From Utricularia gibba (taxonomy: Eukaryota; Plantae; Magnoliophyta), in the NCBI GenBank assembly GCA_002189035.1, contig CM007990.1, positions 434,001 through 498,000 of the forward strand: 64,000 nt of DNA. The letters run 5' to 3'. Position numbers and translations under genes: made by a program. Below the pieces are notes generated by a model. It was not told the DNA's origin. It saw nothing but the letters and a program-made list of their open reading frames with translations, and made no database searches. How positions within the stretch are numbered: the first letter of the stretch is position 1; each line of letters begins with the position of its first letter. Shown piece by piece: positions 49,201-61,849 of the stretch.

Positions 49201-50885
49201 TACTGTAATGAGAGGTCAGTAAGTTACTTGACAGCAACAAAAGAAATTACAATTACCTCAAGCATCCCACTTTGAACAGCAGATAGCGATACATCAATAA
49301 GAAAAAAATACGTAGGTGGCATTGGAGGGCGGACCATGTATTCAGCTGGAGCTATAATATCAACACTGCCCTTGTAAGTTCGGGCCTCTGATCTAAATCT
49401 ACTCTTCTTCCATTACCATCAATGTGAGCAAAATAATCGCCAGGAACTGAAAAGAAATGTTATCATAGATAAGTGCATGCCTAGATCCATTGGCAGGTCT
49501 CAGTTAGTAAAACATCGTAGCCACACATGCCATATTATATGTGCTCGAATCAAATGGCAATATGAAAGCCATATTATGGTCATAACAAAAAGGCTCTCCA
49601 AATCATATGAAAAAAATGGGATCTTATTTTCCAAATAAAAAACGGAAATTCAGAAAAAAAAAACTGACCATCATTTAAAAGTGAACAAATATTGCACCTC
49701 CATTTTCTCCCATTGTCTGTGAACACGACATAAGGGTTAATATAAGTACGGCATCGTCTACACCGTATTATGCCAGTTGTCGCAAAATTAACTACTGGAA
49801 CTTCATCCTGGAGGAAAATTACGTGATAGACAGATTAAATATACAGTGAATACAACAGGACATAGATCACATAAACCACAGAAAGGGTAACTAACCCCAG
49901 CAGGAGATTCAGCCAAAGGGCAGACAACAACACCTAGAGGCAAATGCCACCTAGAACACAATGATTGGGAACTCGGTACGCCACTTGTGGTCAGTCTAAC
50001 AAACCTTGAGCTGCAATTAGACGGATACATTTCAGAAAGAGAATTTGATTCAATGTCACCATCCAAAGGTCTTGGTAAAGATAGAGCATCAATTCCCCCA
50101 TCAAAAGATCCTGGGGCAGAACCAATTGTAAGTGAGTTAAAATCTTCCACCAAACCCTGAGCTGTAGAACTGGGTGGCGGGATCCCAACTTGTGCTACTT
50201 GGTTTCCTGGATAGACTGTGCCCATTGGGGTCGACATTGGTGGACTTGGATAAGGTACTTGTTGGGAAAGATAAGATGATGATAGGTTGGGCGGACCATA
50301 ACTTCCAAACTGTGGCAAAGAAGTAGGAGGATCCAGGGGAGGAGCTTGAGAAATAAAGCCTGAGGGCATATTTGTGGACTCTGGAATTGCAGCCCGTGGT
50401 GTTCCACTGCCAGTCACATAAGGTTGCCTTCCGAATGATTGAACAGATGGTTGACCAACAGGACCCAGCGAAGAGCTTTGAGGTTGTTGAGCAGGCACAG
50501 GTATGTTTGGATGATAGTGACCACCTCTGAGGTTTTGAGGACCGACAGGTAATTGACTGGGTTGGGGTTGTGGAAGAAAAGAAACAGGAGGAGGACCAGG
50601 AACTGGAGGCCTGAATGGCGGAGGTACAGAAGAGGGTGGTCCATATGCGGATGGGTGTGGTCTAAGTTGTTCGCTTGAAATACTTGATGGAGGCCTAATT
50701 CCAGGGCCTTCTGATCCAGCAATCTGCCCACTAGAGAAAGGAGGCACCTGAAAGTGAGATGCAATAGGCGGTGCAGGTCTAACAGCTGATGGCTCTGACG
50801 ATACAAATGGGGATAGGTTTGGCTGGGCAGAAAAACCTGCTGGAGGAGGTCGAAATGGGTAGCTTGGACGATTGGAATTTTCCAT
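46229..50885 (-). CDS. SEC24: COPII coat cargo adaptor SEC24 (SEC24A-like), multi-exon
   Basis: Pro/Gln-rich N-terminus, RWHLPLG, zinc finger [12 protein letters not shown]...WRCNICS, vWA region YFFLIDVS and [20 protein letters not shown], and gelsolin-like C-terminal NLVED...[13 protein letters not shown]. Confidence 0.96.
47445..47597 (-). other. U12-type GT-AG intron in SEC24
   Basis: On the minus strand: donor GTATCCTTCT at 47597, branch AACTTAAC ending 11 nt from the 3' end, then AG. Joining gives VAL-L|YTSSSGERR in frame. Confidence 0.87.
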
Positions 50886-51644
50886 TCCAATGAGAATTAT
50901 GCTCTGAGCCTGACATAGCGAGGTAAAGGTGGTATCTGTAAGTCATCATGCACCCAACATACCACGCATGAAGCAAGATAAGAACACACATTCTACGTTT
51001 GAAAATAAATACAAAAAGCTACCCTTTGCAGTGGAAACATTAGCCGAGATCTTTATCAAGCAAGAGAAATCATACATCAACAAAATTTAAACCCATTACC
51101 ACACTGCAGATGAGCTATTTTAGCTAGATATAGTAGGAAATCTAACCTTATAAGATAAAAGCTAGAGATACTTATACTATTCCTTGCAATTCCTCTTCAA
51201 GGGCAATGCTCATGAAAAACAGAAGATAGGAAAATGCAGGGACTACTTCAACTAAAATGCTAGACAACCAACACAACGGAGCCAATGAAATACGTGAAAC
51301 CACACAATTTGAGAAATCAAAATACCCGATACCAAAAAAACAAGACTAATGCCACAAACAATTACTCCCAGTGACCAGAATTAGGGCAAAGCCAACCGGC
51401 GTAATGCAAAAACCTTCAGTCTGATTACCCATCACCAGTACAATTAAGAACATACCAGAAAATTCTAACCTGATGGAAGATCTCAGCGCAGCGTTGAGGA
51501 AACCGATGAGAAAAAGGTCGTCAGCTCGCGATCGCGGAGAAGATTAAGAATATGAAGGTCTTTGTCGCAATTCTCTAGATTCAGGAAGGCGGAGATGGGC
51601 ACAATCTAGAACCACGGTCAGTAAAATTCTTCTTCTCACACGTA

Positions 51645-51751
51645 TGGGCTAAAGCTCAAGCCCAGAAGTGCAGGCTGAGTCGTGGCCCATTGCTACTGGA
51701 TTAACTTGCAGAAGAAATGGTGGATAAATTACACCTAATCAAAAACCCTAA
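51645..51751. promoter_or_regulatory. Shared divergent promoter of SEC24 and the PPR gene, with site II elements and a telo-box
   Basis: TGGGCT at 51645, AGCCCA at 51659, GGCCCA at 51684 and AAACCCTAA at 51743-51751. Confidence 0.65.
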
Positions 51752-51856
51752 ATCGAAAGAAATGGTTTCTTAGGTGGATTTTCATGGGGGACTCCGGCCT
51801 GGAGGGACCGGGTCTGGTTCACCGGCGTGTTGAACGCCGCACTCTGAAGTGTGGCG

Positions 51857-54661
51857 ATGGCAGCCCTTATCCATTACGCTTTGGGCTCAGTGGATGTCTC
51901 GGCACCTCGATGTTGTCTCGACGGAGCTCACAAAACCCAGCAGCCGAAATCCTTTCCAGACTCCGTTAGCTTGAAAAAATCAGTGCTGCAACTTTCTGAT
52001 GAATCACTGGTTATAGGAAAAGGGACCTCGGATGAAGCTTACTCGGTGGTACTTGATCATTGTGCGAGCCATAAATTGCATTCACTTGGCAAACAAATCC
52101 ACACGCATATCGCGAAACGTAACAATGTGCATGATTTGGCGTTTCTGGGGACTAAACTCGTCCTCATGTATGGTAAATGTGGTTTTCTGGTTGACGCGAC
52201 TGAATTGTTTGATGAAATGCCTGAAAGGAGCGTCTTCACCTATAATGCAATGCTTGGTGCTTATGTGTCGAGTGGAAAACATTGGGAAGCGGTTGAGTTG
52301 TTTGCTGAGATGCAGTTCTCAGGTATCTCTGGAGATGCGCATACTTGTAGTTGCATGCTGAAGGCCTGCGCAGGTGCTCAAGCTGAGAGTGTTGGGTCAC
52401 AAATTCATGGATATGCAATCAAGTCTGGCTTTTTTAATAATGCTATCGTAGTTAATTCACTTCTGAACTTTTATGAAAAGTGTGGCAATTTAAATGATGC
52501 AAAATTGCTGTTTGATAGCACAGGACGAGGTGATGCAGTTTTCTGGAATACAATGATTTCTGCATATGCTTCCAATGGGATGATGGATGAAGCGATGTTG
52601 GCTTTTGGAGAAATGCAGAATGAGGCAGTCTCTCCTAGCTCATATACTTTTGTTGCAGCTCTAAAGTCCTGCGAGGAGCTCTCCTGCGGAATGCAAATTC
52701 ATGCACTTGTTTTGAAGTATAATCTTGCATCTGATGGATACGTTGGGAATGCATTACTTGTCATGTATTCAAAATGCGGTAAGGTACCTGAAGCTGAAAA
52801 GGTCTTCTGCAGTATAACCAACAAAGATGACATATCCTGGAATTCAATGCTGACTGCATATGTGCACAATGGAATGTATGATGCATCTATTGATTTTTTT
52901 GTTGAGATGGCAGCAGGTGGTAGAGAACCTGACCATGTTTCAATCATTGGAGTTCTTTCAGCATGCGGAAGATCTGGTAACCAGTTCAGTGGAATGGAAG
53001 TTCATTCTTTCGCTTTAAGAAATGGGATGGACATGTATCTTCAAGTGGGTAACACCATCGTTGACATGTATGCAAAATGTTCCAATACGAGGTATATGGA
53101 AGACGCCTTCAAAAGGATATCCCAAAAAGACTGTATTTCCTTTACAACAATCATAGCTGGCTATGTTCAGAACTATTGTTTTATGAAGGCCTTGCAAACA
53201 TTCCGTGAGGCACCATTGAGGAATATTGTTGTTGATGAATTGATGACAGAATCTCTCTTGCTAGCCTCTCGAGGGTTGAAATGCATTTCAAAAGTGAGGG
53301 AGATCCATGGCTACATAATAAGAAAACGGTTGTCAGATACTGCACTGCAGAACACTTTAGTGGAATCCTATGGAGCTTGTGGGGAAGTAAACATCGCCAG
53401 AAATATTTTTCAACTTATTGAAGCGAAAACTGTTGTATCCTGGACAAGTATGATAACATGTTACGTTAATAATGGTCTTGCCAGTAATGCACTTCAACAC
53501 TCATTTGATATGATCAAAGCAGGTGTTGATCTAGACTCGGTTGCAATTTTAAGTATTCTATCATCTGTTTCAGTTTTATCAGCTCTAAGGAAGACAAAAG
53601 AGATTCACAGTTTTCTGGTTAGGAGGTGCATGCATTTAGATGAATCCATTGCCAGCTCCCTCATAGATACGTATGCAAACTGTGGTGCTTTAGACACTTC
53701 ACACAAGATCTTCAGTTCGCTCAAGAGTACAGATTTAGTTTTATGGACTAGCATGATAAATGCATATGGAATGCATGGCCAAGGTATGAAAGCCATAGAA
53801 CTCTTCATGAAAATGGAGGCTGAGAACTTTGTTCCTGACCATGTGACATTCTTAGCACTCTTATCTGCATGCAGTCATTCTGGACTAGTGGATCAAGGCC
53901 TGGGATTTTATAATCGTATGCTGTCTGTATACAGAATAGAAACATGGCCTGAACACTACGCCTGTGTAGTTGATCTTCTTGGTCGAGCAAATCGCCTAAA
54001 AGAAGCATTTGATCTTATCCAAGGCATGAAAATACCCCCTCCGGCTGCTGTATGGTCTGCTCTCCTCAGTGCCTGCAGAGAACATTCTAACATGGTGATC
54101 GGAGAAATAGCTGCAAGGAAGGTTCTTGAATCGGATCCCCGGAATCCCGGTCACTATGTACTCATATCAAACATGTACTCCGCAGCAGAGAGATGGAAAG
54201 ATGCACAAGAAGTGAGAACAGCAATGAAGTCCAAGGGACTGAAGAAAGAGCCTGGCTGTAGCTGGATTGAAATTGGAGACAAGATGCACACTTTCACAGC
54301 AAGAGATGCCTCTCATCCACAGTCCGATGCAATCTTCAACAAACTCTCCGAGATAACCAATGAATCAGAGACGACAGGAGGTTACAAAGCAGACACAAGA
54401 TGGGTATTGCATGACATCCCAGAGGAAGAGAAGGTGAAGATGCTTCATGGACACAGTGAGAGGCTGGCTTTAGCTTATGGGATTCTCATGACCGCAGATG
54501 GGAATCCCATCAGGATCACCAAAAACCTGCGAGTCTGTGGAGACTGTCACCATTTCTTCAAGGTAGCTTCCAAGATCTACAAGCGTGAGATTCTCTTGAA
54601 AGATGCCTTTAGATACCATCAGTTTAGAGATGGGCTTTGCTCGTGTGGTGATTTTTGGTGA
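51857..54661 (+). CDS. PLS-class pentatricopeptide repeat protein with E and DYW domains (OTP86-like plastid editing factor), intronless
   Basis: Uninterrupted 934-aa ORF with PLS repeats, PGCSWIE, HSERLALAYG, KNLRVCGDCH and terminal CSCGDFW. The OTP86 likeness is from memory and gene order. Confidence 0.95.
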   Translation: MAALIHYALGSVDVSAPRCCLDGAHKTQQPKSFPDSVSLKKSVLQLSDESLVIGKGTSDEAYSVVLDHCASHKLHSLGKQIHTHIAKRNNVHDLAFLGTKLVLMYGKCGFLVDATELFDEMPERSVFTYNAMLGAYVSSGKHWEAVELFAEMQFSGISGDAHTCSCMLKACAGAQAESVGSQIHGYAIKSGFFNNAIVVNSLLNFYEKCGNLNDAKLLFDSTGRGDAVFWNTMISAYASNGMMDEAMLAFGEMQNEAVSPSSYTFVAALKSCEELSCGMQIHALVLKYNLASDGYVGNALLVMYSKCGKVPEAEKVFCSITNKDDISWNSMLTAYVHNGMYDASIDFFVEMAAGGREPDHVSIIGVLSACGRSGNQFSGMEVHSFALRNGMDMYLQVGNTIVDMYAKCSNTRYMEDAFKRISQKDCISFTTIIAGYVQNYCFMKALQTFREAPLRNIVVDELMTESLLLASRGLKCISKVREIHGYIIRKRLSDTALQNTLVESYGACGEVNIARNIFQLIEAKTVVSWTSMITCYVNNGLASNALQHSFDMIKAGVDLDSVAILSILSSVSVLSALRKTKEIHSFLVRRCMHLDESIASSLIDTYANCGALDTSHKIFSSLKSTDLVLWTSMINAYGMHGQGMKAIELFMKMEAENFVPDHVTFLALLSACSHSGLVDQGLGFYNRMLSVYRIETWPEHYACVVDLLGRANRLKEAFDLIQGMKIPPPAAVWSALLSACREHSNMVIGEIAARKVLESDPRNPGHYVLISNMYSAAERWKDAQEVRTAMKSKGLKKEPGCSWIEIGDKMHTFTARDASHPQSDAIFNKLSEITNESETTGGYKADTRWVLHDIPEEEKVKMLHGHSERLALAYGILMTADGNPIRITKNLRVCGDCHHFFKVASKIYKREILLKDAFRYHQFRDGLCSCGDFW

Positions 54662-55987
54662 TGGTATCCCGCATCGGTTATAGAAATAAAATGTTTTTAA
54701 CTAAAAGTATCATCTTAATCTTGTATGAATATTTTAGTGATACTTTCTTCTAATATGTTGTATTTTCAGTATCTTACAGGATTAAGAAGGTTGACATAGG
54801 AGTTTTGAAAATAAGAAAAATATTTTATTTTGAATATTTTAAAATTATAATATAAATACTTACAAATAATAATTAAAAAATGATTAAATAAATTGATTAG
54901 CAGGAATAAGGCGTGAGTGGGGAAGAAGATGTAATTAGTAGCATTAATGGTGGATGGATGGATCGGGCGGAGATTTGATCGGGTTTCTGCGCGGCTCCAA
55001 ACTGCTGCTGGAGTTTGCTCACTCACTCTCCCCGTACGCCTATTGAATACCTTGAAGATCTAGTATTCCTCTGGATCCGTGCATTATTGAACTTTTTCAC
55101 GAGAATGGGGGGGACTGGGTGTTCCTCGCTGCTATACAAAACCTATGGCCTACGCCTTCTTAATATTCCGCCCTCTTCCGTTTTTCAGGCCTGTTGAGAA
55201 TTTTATATGAAACCAATTGCTGTTGCGGTTATCTGTTTTGACCTTCGTTTATGCGATTTTACGCGTCTGAATCAGCTGCATTCTGGAAATTAATGATACC
55301 CAGATCAGGGAGGATGAAGGGGCTCAGGGGGTTCACCGTTTGGTTTCTATTTCTTGCGTTTTTTGCGACTGGGGTGTTTTCTATTGAGAATTTTCGTCAA
55401 GCGTGAGTGCCCCTTGATTCTAGAATGGTACTTTACATGCATTTACTTTCTTTTATGTGCATTTGGCTTGTCTCCGCATCGTGGCTCTTGTTTTGCCAAT
55501 CGCGTCTGGCATTTCTGTGTTTGTATGCGGGCATCATATGTTTGTTGTTCTTTTTACAGTTGGTTGTACGTGTGCCTTTTTCCGCGCATCATTTATCCCT
55601 GCGGAAGGCGTTTGTTTGCTTTTCACCTGTATTTCCGTGGCAGTATTATCTGACTGCCTGAATTCTATGTGGGTGTAATTTCCTGTGCATATTTATTGTG
55701 GGCTCGCTGCCTTTGAATTTGTCATGATGTCGGCTTATTTCATTTGCTTTAAAGATCTGATTTTTTGAATAATATGCACACGTTAAATTCAAAATGAAGT
55801 ACTTGTTAACGTAATAAATTCAGGCATGCTGCAGTCAAATGAAAGTTCCTTTTTTCATGCCCTACGTTGTTTCATTAACTTTTATCATGCGTGGCTGGTG
55901 GCATCTTATGAGATGTACCTGAATGTTTGGTTGTTAAAGTGCACCTGATGTTGTATGTACATTTTTCTTTTGATTATTTCCATTCAG

Positions 55988-58900
55988 GTTTCCGATAATA
56001 GAGCCAGATCCTGGTCACACAAAGCTACGCCTCTCAGATGAAGGCTTGAAGGCTATTGAGAGAATCACTACTCCCATAGCTGCTGTTTCCGTAAGACTCA
56101 TCTATGTTGCCAGCATGTGAATATAAACATTTGACTGAATTCTATTTTTTGCAAAAGAATAGTTTGATTATGTGACAGTTAAGTAACCTCATTTTATGCT
56201 TGGTCGCTTGAAAGTATAGGAAGAGTTCAAGTCCTTTTTTGATTCCTAATCTTATTCTCTACTGATGCTAGTGTTGATGTGCATCAGGTCATTGGTCCTT
56301 ATCGTTCGGGAAAATCATTTCTTCTTAACCAGCTGCTGTCACTTTCATGTTATGAAGGTACTTCCTGGAACCCTGCCATTCTTCATCTCTGGACTTTCCT
56401 CTAATTGCAGTTATGCATGTCCTGATTTGGCAGGCTTTGGTGTTGGGCATATGCGTGATACTCAAACTAAGGGTTAGACCATAGTTTTGCAGTTTTTTGA
56501 ATACGCACAAATGGCTGAACGTGGATTTCAAATAGTTATTTATGGTTTGAATAGGTATATGGGTGTGGGCAGATCCAGTCATGGTCGATATTGATGGAGT
56601 CAAAACCTCAGTTTTCTATCTCGATACAGAGGGGTTTGAGAGTATTGGGAAATCTAATGTATATGATGACCGGTTAGTCTTGCTGCATGAGTCAGTTTGT
56701 GATTGTTGGTATGGATTATTGAGGGTTAGAACTGATATTGTTCCTGAATCTTGTATTACAGGATATTTGCCTTGGCAACTATAATGAGCTCTGTGCTTAT
56801 CTACAATCTACCAGAGACGGTTTGTGTCACTTGCCTTGGTGCCACACTTCTATTATGCCTTTCACCCATCTAACATGAACACACAATCAAATGAATCTTG
56901 AAAATCTTTTGGACCTTCAAGGCTGCAGCTATATGATGTTGCTTTTCATAAATGAATATTTGGAACATGTTTTTTAAGATCCTGTCTTGTCCTTATTTCT
57001 CCTATTGATTCATTGTTAGATACGTGAAGCAGACATATCTCGCCTGTCTTTTGCTGTGGAGCTTGCTGAAGAGTTTTATGGAAGGTTTATTATTATGTTG
57101 ATTAATCAATCATCATGCGATTTGATTTGAAGTTGACTTTGTTTTCTTGTTCTGGTACTTTTGCTATTGGGATGGTCTTCCATATGCATGGGCGTACAGA
57201 GTTAAGGTAAATCTAGTATCTCCAGATCATTTTTATCATTATAACTTTTCTTCTATATATTTCTTTTGTTTTAAAAGGAAGTGTTTCCTGCACAGTTGGA
57301 TGATCTCATATTGTTTTATGCAGGGCCAAGATGTAGCATTTGAACCGGCAAAGTTATTATGGTTAATCCAACGTGACTTTCTGCGTAAGTGTGCCACCAA
57401 TAGTCTGTAAAGGGTTTATGCAGTCAACAATTAACAGGTCTACCTTTAATTTATTTCTTTTTCCTTTTTTTTTTTGCATTGCTGTTTTTTTTTCAGAAGG
57501 GAAGTCTGTGCAAGAACTGGTCAGTGAGGCTCTTCAACGAGTCCCAAACGACAATGGTCAGCATTATACATTTCCTTAGTTGTCAGTTTTCATTAGCTAG
57601 ATGTACAATATAGATTTTGATTGGGTGAATCTATTAATTTGAACTGATTTTGAGCAGGAGACCAAAACATCGATCAGGTAAATTGAATTACTGGTCTCCT
57701 TTACTGCTCATTGGAGTATGGTAAATTGCGCTTAATCTTGTAATGATTGCTTAACAGGTTAACAAGATTCGGGAATCTTTGGCCATCATGGGAGATAACA
57801 GCACAGCCTTTAGCTTACCTCAGGTTCTTACCTTGCAACCTAATGGTTGAACGCAGTTTGGTAGCTCTGTTAGATATTTACATTAACTTAACAAAATTTT
57901 TATTTCATCAAGAAAATGATAGTTGGCAAGTATGCATGACTAAAAAAATCTGCGATCCAACTTCTGTTCTTTATAGATGTTGAAGATTCTTTCATTCTAT
58001 GAGCTTTTAGGTTCTTTCTCCAGAAAGTGTGGAAAATTGATTGGCAATGTCACTTTTGGCACAGCCTCATCTCCAACGCACAAAGCTTTGTGATTTAAGT
58101 GATAGTGACCTTGAACCTGCATATGTAAAGAAGAGGGAACAACTGAAAACAATCGTTTCCTCAATAATTCGTCCAAAGATTGTCCACGGAAAATCTCTGA
58201 ATGGCAAGGAATTTGTTTCATTCCTGGTGCAGGTAGGCCTGATTTTTTGGTATTTCAAAATTTGTAAATGTGCAATGCAGTCATGTTGTTGCTTACATTT
58301 TTTTTTCTTTTTTATCCATAGAGTAAATTTTCTTGGAAATGCTACATAGGTGCAACATATAGATAGCTCTCCCTTTTCTTTATTCCCTTTATTTAATATG
58401 TGAATCTTTTCTTCTTAGATACTTGATGCCTTAAATAAAGGGGAGATTCCATCCACGGGCTCCCTCGTGGAGGCATTCAATAAGCGCATTCTTGAGCGTT
58501 GTCTAAAACTATATAACATACGCATGGGAAATTTGGGGTTACCAACATCAGAAGAATCTCTTCAACAAGCACATGATGGTTCCAAAGAGGCAGCAATGCT
58601 TGCTTTTGATGAGCAACACTTTGGTCGTCAACATGCAAAGAAATCTGCTGATCAGTTGGTTGAAGAGATTGAGGGGGTTAGTTAGTCTCTGAATAGTTTC
58701 TGTCGAGAACAACCCCTGCTCAATTGTGCATTCATATGCTTTTTCAGGTGTACAAGAACTTCATTTTGGCTAATGAATATCAATCTTCAAAGCTATGCGA
58801 GGCTTTGTATACGAGATGTGAGGACAAGATGGACAAACTCCAAGTGCTCAGACTTCCGTCTATGGCTAAATTTAATGCAGGATTTTTTCATTGCAATAGA

Positions 58901-59578
58901 AGTTTTGAGAATGAGTGTGTAGGACCTGCCAAAGGCAACTATGAGGCACGCATGATGAAGGTTTTGGAACTTATCTTTCTGCAATATCTCTTTCTTTCAG
59001 AAAACCTTTGCTTCACTTTTCCAGAGTCCTCCATTGCGCCATTTTCTTCACATAACTTTTATTCCATGTCAATTTCTGCCTTGTAAATGCAGATGTTGGG
59101 AAAGTCAAAATCTTTGTTCATCAAAGAATACAACCAAAGGCTCTTCAACTGGCTGGTGGCCTTTTCCCTTGTTATGGTGGTGGTTGGGCGATTCATATTA
59201 AAGTTCTTTTTGATTGAAATTGGAGCATGGGTGCTTTTTATATTCCTGGAAACGTACACCCGCATGTTCTGGTCATCTGAGTCTCTCTATTACAATCCAA
59301 TTTGGCATACGATTGTCGCAAGTTGGGAAACTGTTGTGTATAGTCCTGTACTTGATCTTGACCGGTGAGTGGGATGCTTATAGCATTATCATACACTCTG
59401 GCCTCCTGCAATCTTTTTTAACCATGTTTGTTCCTGTTCCAATAGATGGGCCATTCATCTTGCTGTTGTTGCTGCAATTTTGATGCTTTACTGGAGATGT
59501 TACGGAAGAAAGAAACATGGATCTCGATGGTTATTACCACTCTACAACAACCGGAAAGAGCAGCGGAGATCCGAATGA
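55988..59578 (+). CDS. Guanylate-binding-protein-like large GTPase with C-terminal TM segments, multi-exon; first exon (about 55200-55345) unresolved
   Basis: P-loop VIGPYRSGKSFLLNQL, TKGIWVW, YLDTEGF, LLWLIQRDF and hydrophobic C-terminus LFNWLVAFSLVMVVVGRF. Stop TGA is at 59576-59578. Confidence 0.93.
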
Positions 59579-60516
59579 AACCTGATTTTTTTCATCCTCT
59601 GGTGATTTAAATTTCACTTACAGGCACTCCTTGCTGATCAAAGACACCCATTCGGTGCCTACATCCCACAAAGCTGGGGACAACCTTGGAGTCTTTGGAG
59701 ATATTGCCATTCTTTTCTGTGCTGTAGGAGCTCCAGCCATTTCTGTGTGTCTGTGATGAACCAGAAGCCTGGAACAATGGAATTTTGACCTTCTCTGTGC
59801 TCAGATGGTTGCATCCTATGTAGCTCAATTCTTGCCAAGCTGTGTCATGGAGAGTCTTCATCCAGATAGGTGTGTCTGTGCCTGAAGTTGTGTGTATACG
59901 AATTAGATGATTTTGCTGTAAGAGGCACAATTCACTTGGGAAGTACATTCTCTTTTTTCATTCCAAACAGGCGTGCATGTGCATGCATTCGATGTTTTTA
60001 CCGTTTTACCCAAAACAAAAACGGTGATAACTGGATGGAGACAAATTGGTTCGTGGCTACAAACATAATTTGCTTTCAAGTTCTTGTTGGGCTGCTCTAC
60101 CTGTAAACCTCGAAATATCGGGCCGACGGCCCAGGAAATACTCGTGGAATTGAGCGGTACCCATGAGCTACCGGCCGGTGACCCGCCGGACCACCTTTAT
60201 GGCTCACAAAGGTACCCGGACCTGGGCTGTGCTTGTCCAGCCCCGGCCTTGTGCCAAGTTCTAGTTTTGGCAGTCTGATCATGACCGCTGTTTAACTTGG
60301 TCACCCAATCTCGATTCTGATCGCTCATCGCTGTAAGTGATTCTGATTCTGATTTCTCCGGTGCTCGGATTTCTGGGCTGTTTTTCTTTGAATCGCATTT
60401 CTGGTTTTTTGTGTGATTAATCTGCGGTAAGCTGTTAATTTTTCTGCAACAAGTTCACAATTTGGTGTGATTGCAGGTTTTTTTTCTGTTTTGTTGGGTT
60501 TGAGTTTGGAGTGAAG

Positions 60517-61492
60517 ATGGCGAACAAGCCTCAGATCCGTACCAGTAACTCGGCTCTCATCGCCATGATCGCCGATGAGGTACCTCCCCATGTCGATTTT
60601 TCTTTAGAATTCTTAGATATCGTGTATTGATATGTATTGATCTCGGCAAATCTACACGCACTTGCCCATCACTGAGCATCTGCTTTTTCGTGTACTGTTT
60701 CTAGCTCAGCAATTGTTTAATCATCTTGTAATCAATGGACGGACCTCTCTGAAACTCTTCAAACTTTGCTGAATTTTGTTCCTTTTCGTTAGATGGCTCT
60801 TCCTCTTTGTTTCCTCAACTTCTGTTTTTCATAGGATACCATCACAGGATTTTTGCTAGCAGGCGTTGGCAATGTGGATTTAAGGAGGAAGACCAATTAT
60901 CTCGTTGTGGACTCAAGTAAGCGCAGTGCTTCTCCTTTAACTGCAACACCTCTCATTCTTACACAACAGAGAGAGCTGTGAAGGGATGTGCGTGTCACCT
61001 TTTTTCTATAACCTCACTCCAGAAGAGATGGTTATGCCAGTTTGTTGAATTTCTGGGCTTGTAGGGAGATTCTTTTGCCACTCACAATGCTTTGTACATT
61101 AAAGAGGGCATAAAATTTAGCGAAGTTGAGATGTGCTTTGTCTTAATGTCAATGCTGCTGGCTTTTTGCTCAGAAACAACAGTGAAACAGATTGAAGATG
61201 CATTCAAAGAATTCACAACCAGGGAAGACATTGCAATTGTCTTGATCAGCCAATATGTAAGTTTTCTGCCTCTGCTTATCAGAAAAATCCCAATACAACC
61301 TCACTCATAATCTGCTCCCTCCCTCAGGTTGCAAACATGATAAGGTTTTTGGTAGACAGCTACAACAAACCGATCCCAGCAATCCTGGAGATACCATCCA
61401 AGGATCATCCATATGATCCTGCTCACGACTCCGTTCTCTCACGAGTTAAGTACCTCTTCTCCGCTGAGTCCGTAGCGTCCGGAAGGCGTTGA
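60517..61492 (+). CDS. VHA-F: V-type proton ATPase subunit F, 4 exons
   Basis: LIAMIADE|[12 protein letters not shown]...|[28 protein letters not shown]|VANMIR...[19 protein letters not shown]. Confidence 0.97.
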
Positions 61493-61849
61493 ATTGTGCT
61501 TGGCTTTGTTCTTCATTCTGCTGATTCCAGTTCTGGTGTTAGAACTAAGAATTCTAGCTTGGGTTTCTCTGATCCTGAGAACATTTTGTCTCAACTTGTG
61601 CCATTGTCTTTTCAATAAATGTTCCTCTTCTCCCTCCTTGGTAGCAAAACATAGAGAAATCTTTTCCTAATTTTTAAAGGTAAAATTAACAACAATATAT
61701 TTATATATAATTTGTTAACGGATTGGGCCATTGTACTCTGCCTGGTTTTGCACTTGGGCCTGAATAGGAGGCCCAATAGCAAACGTAAGCATTCTGTGTT
61801 GGAGCGTGGATGACTCGCCGCAGTCGTCTAGTTCCACGCACGGCGAAGA

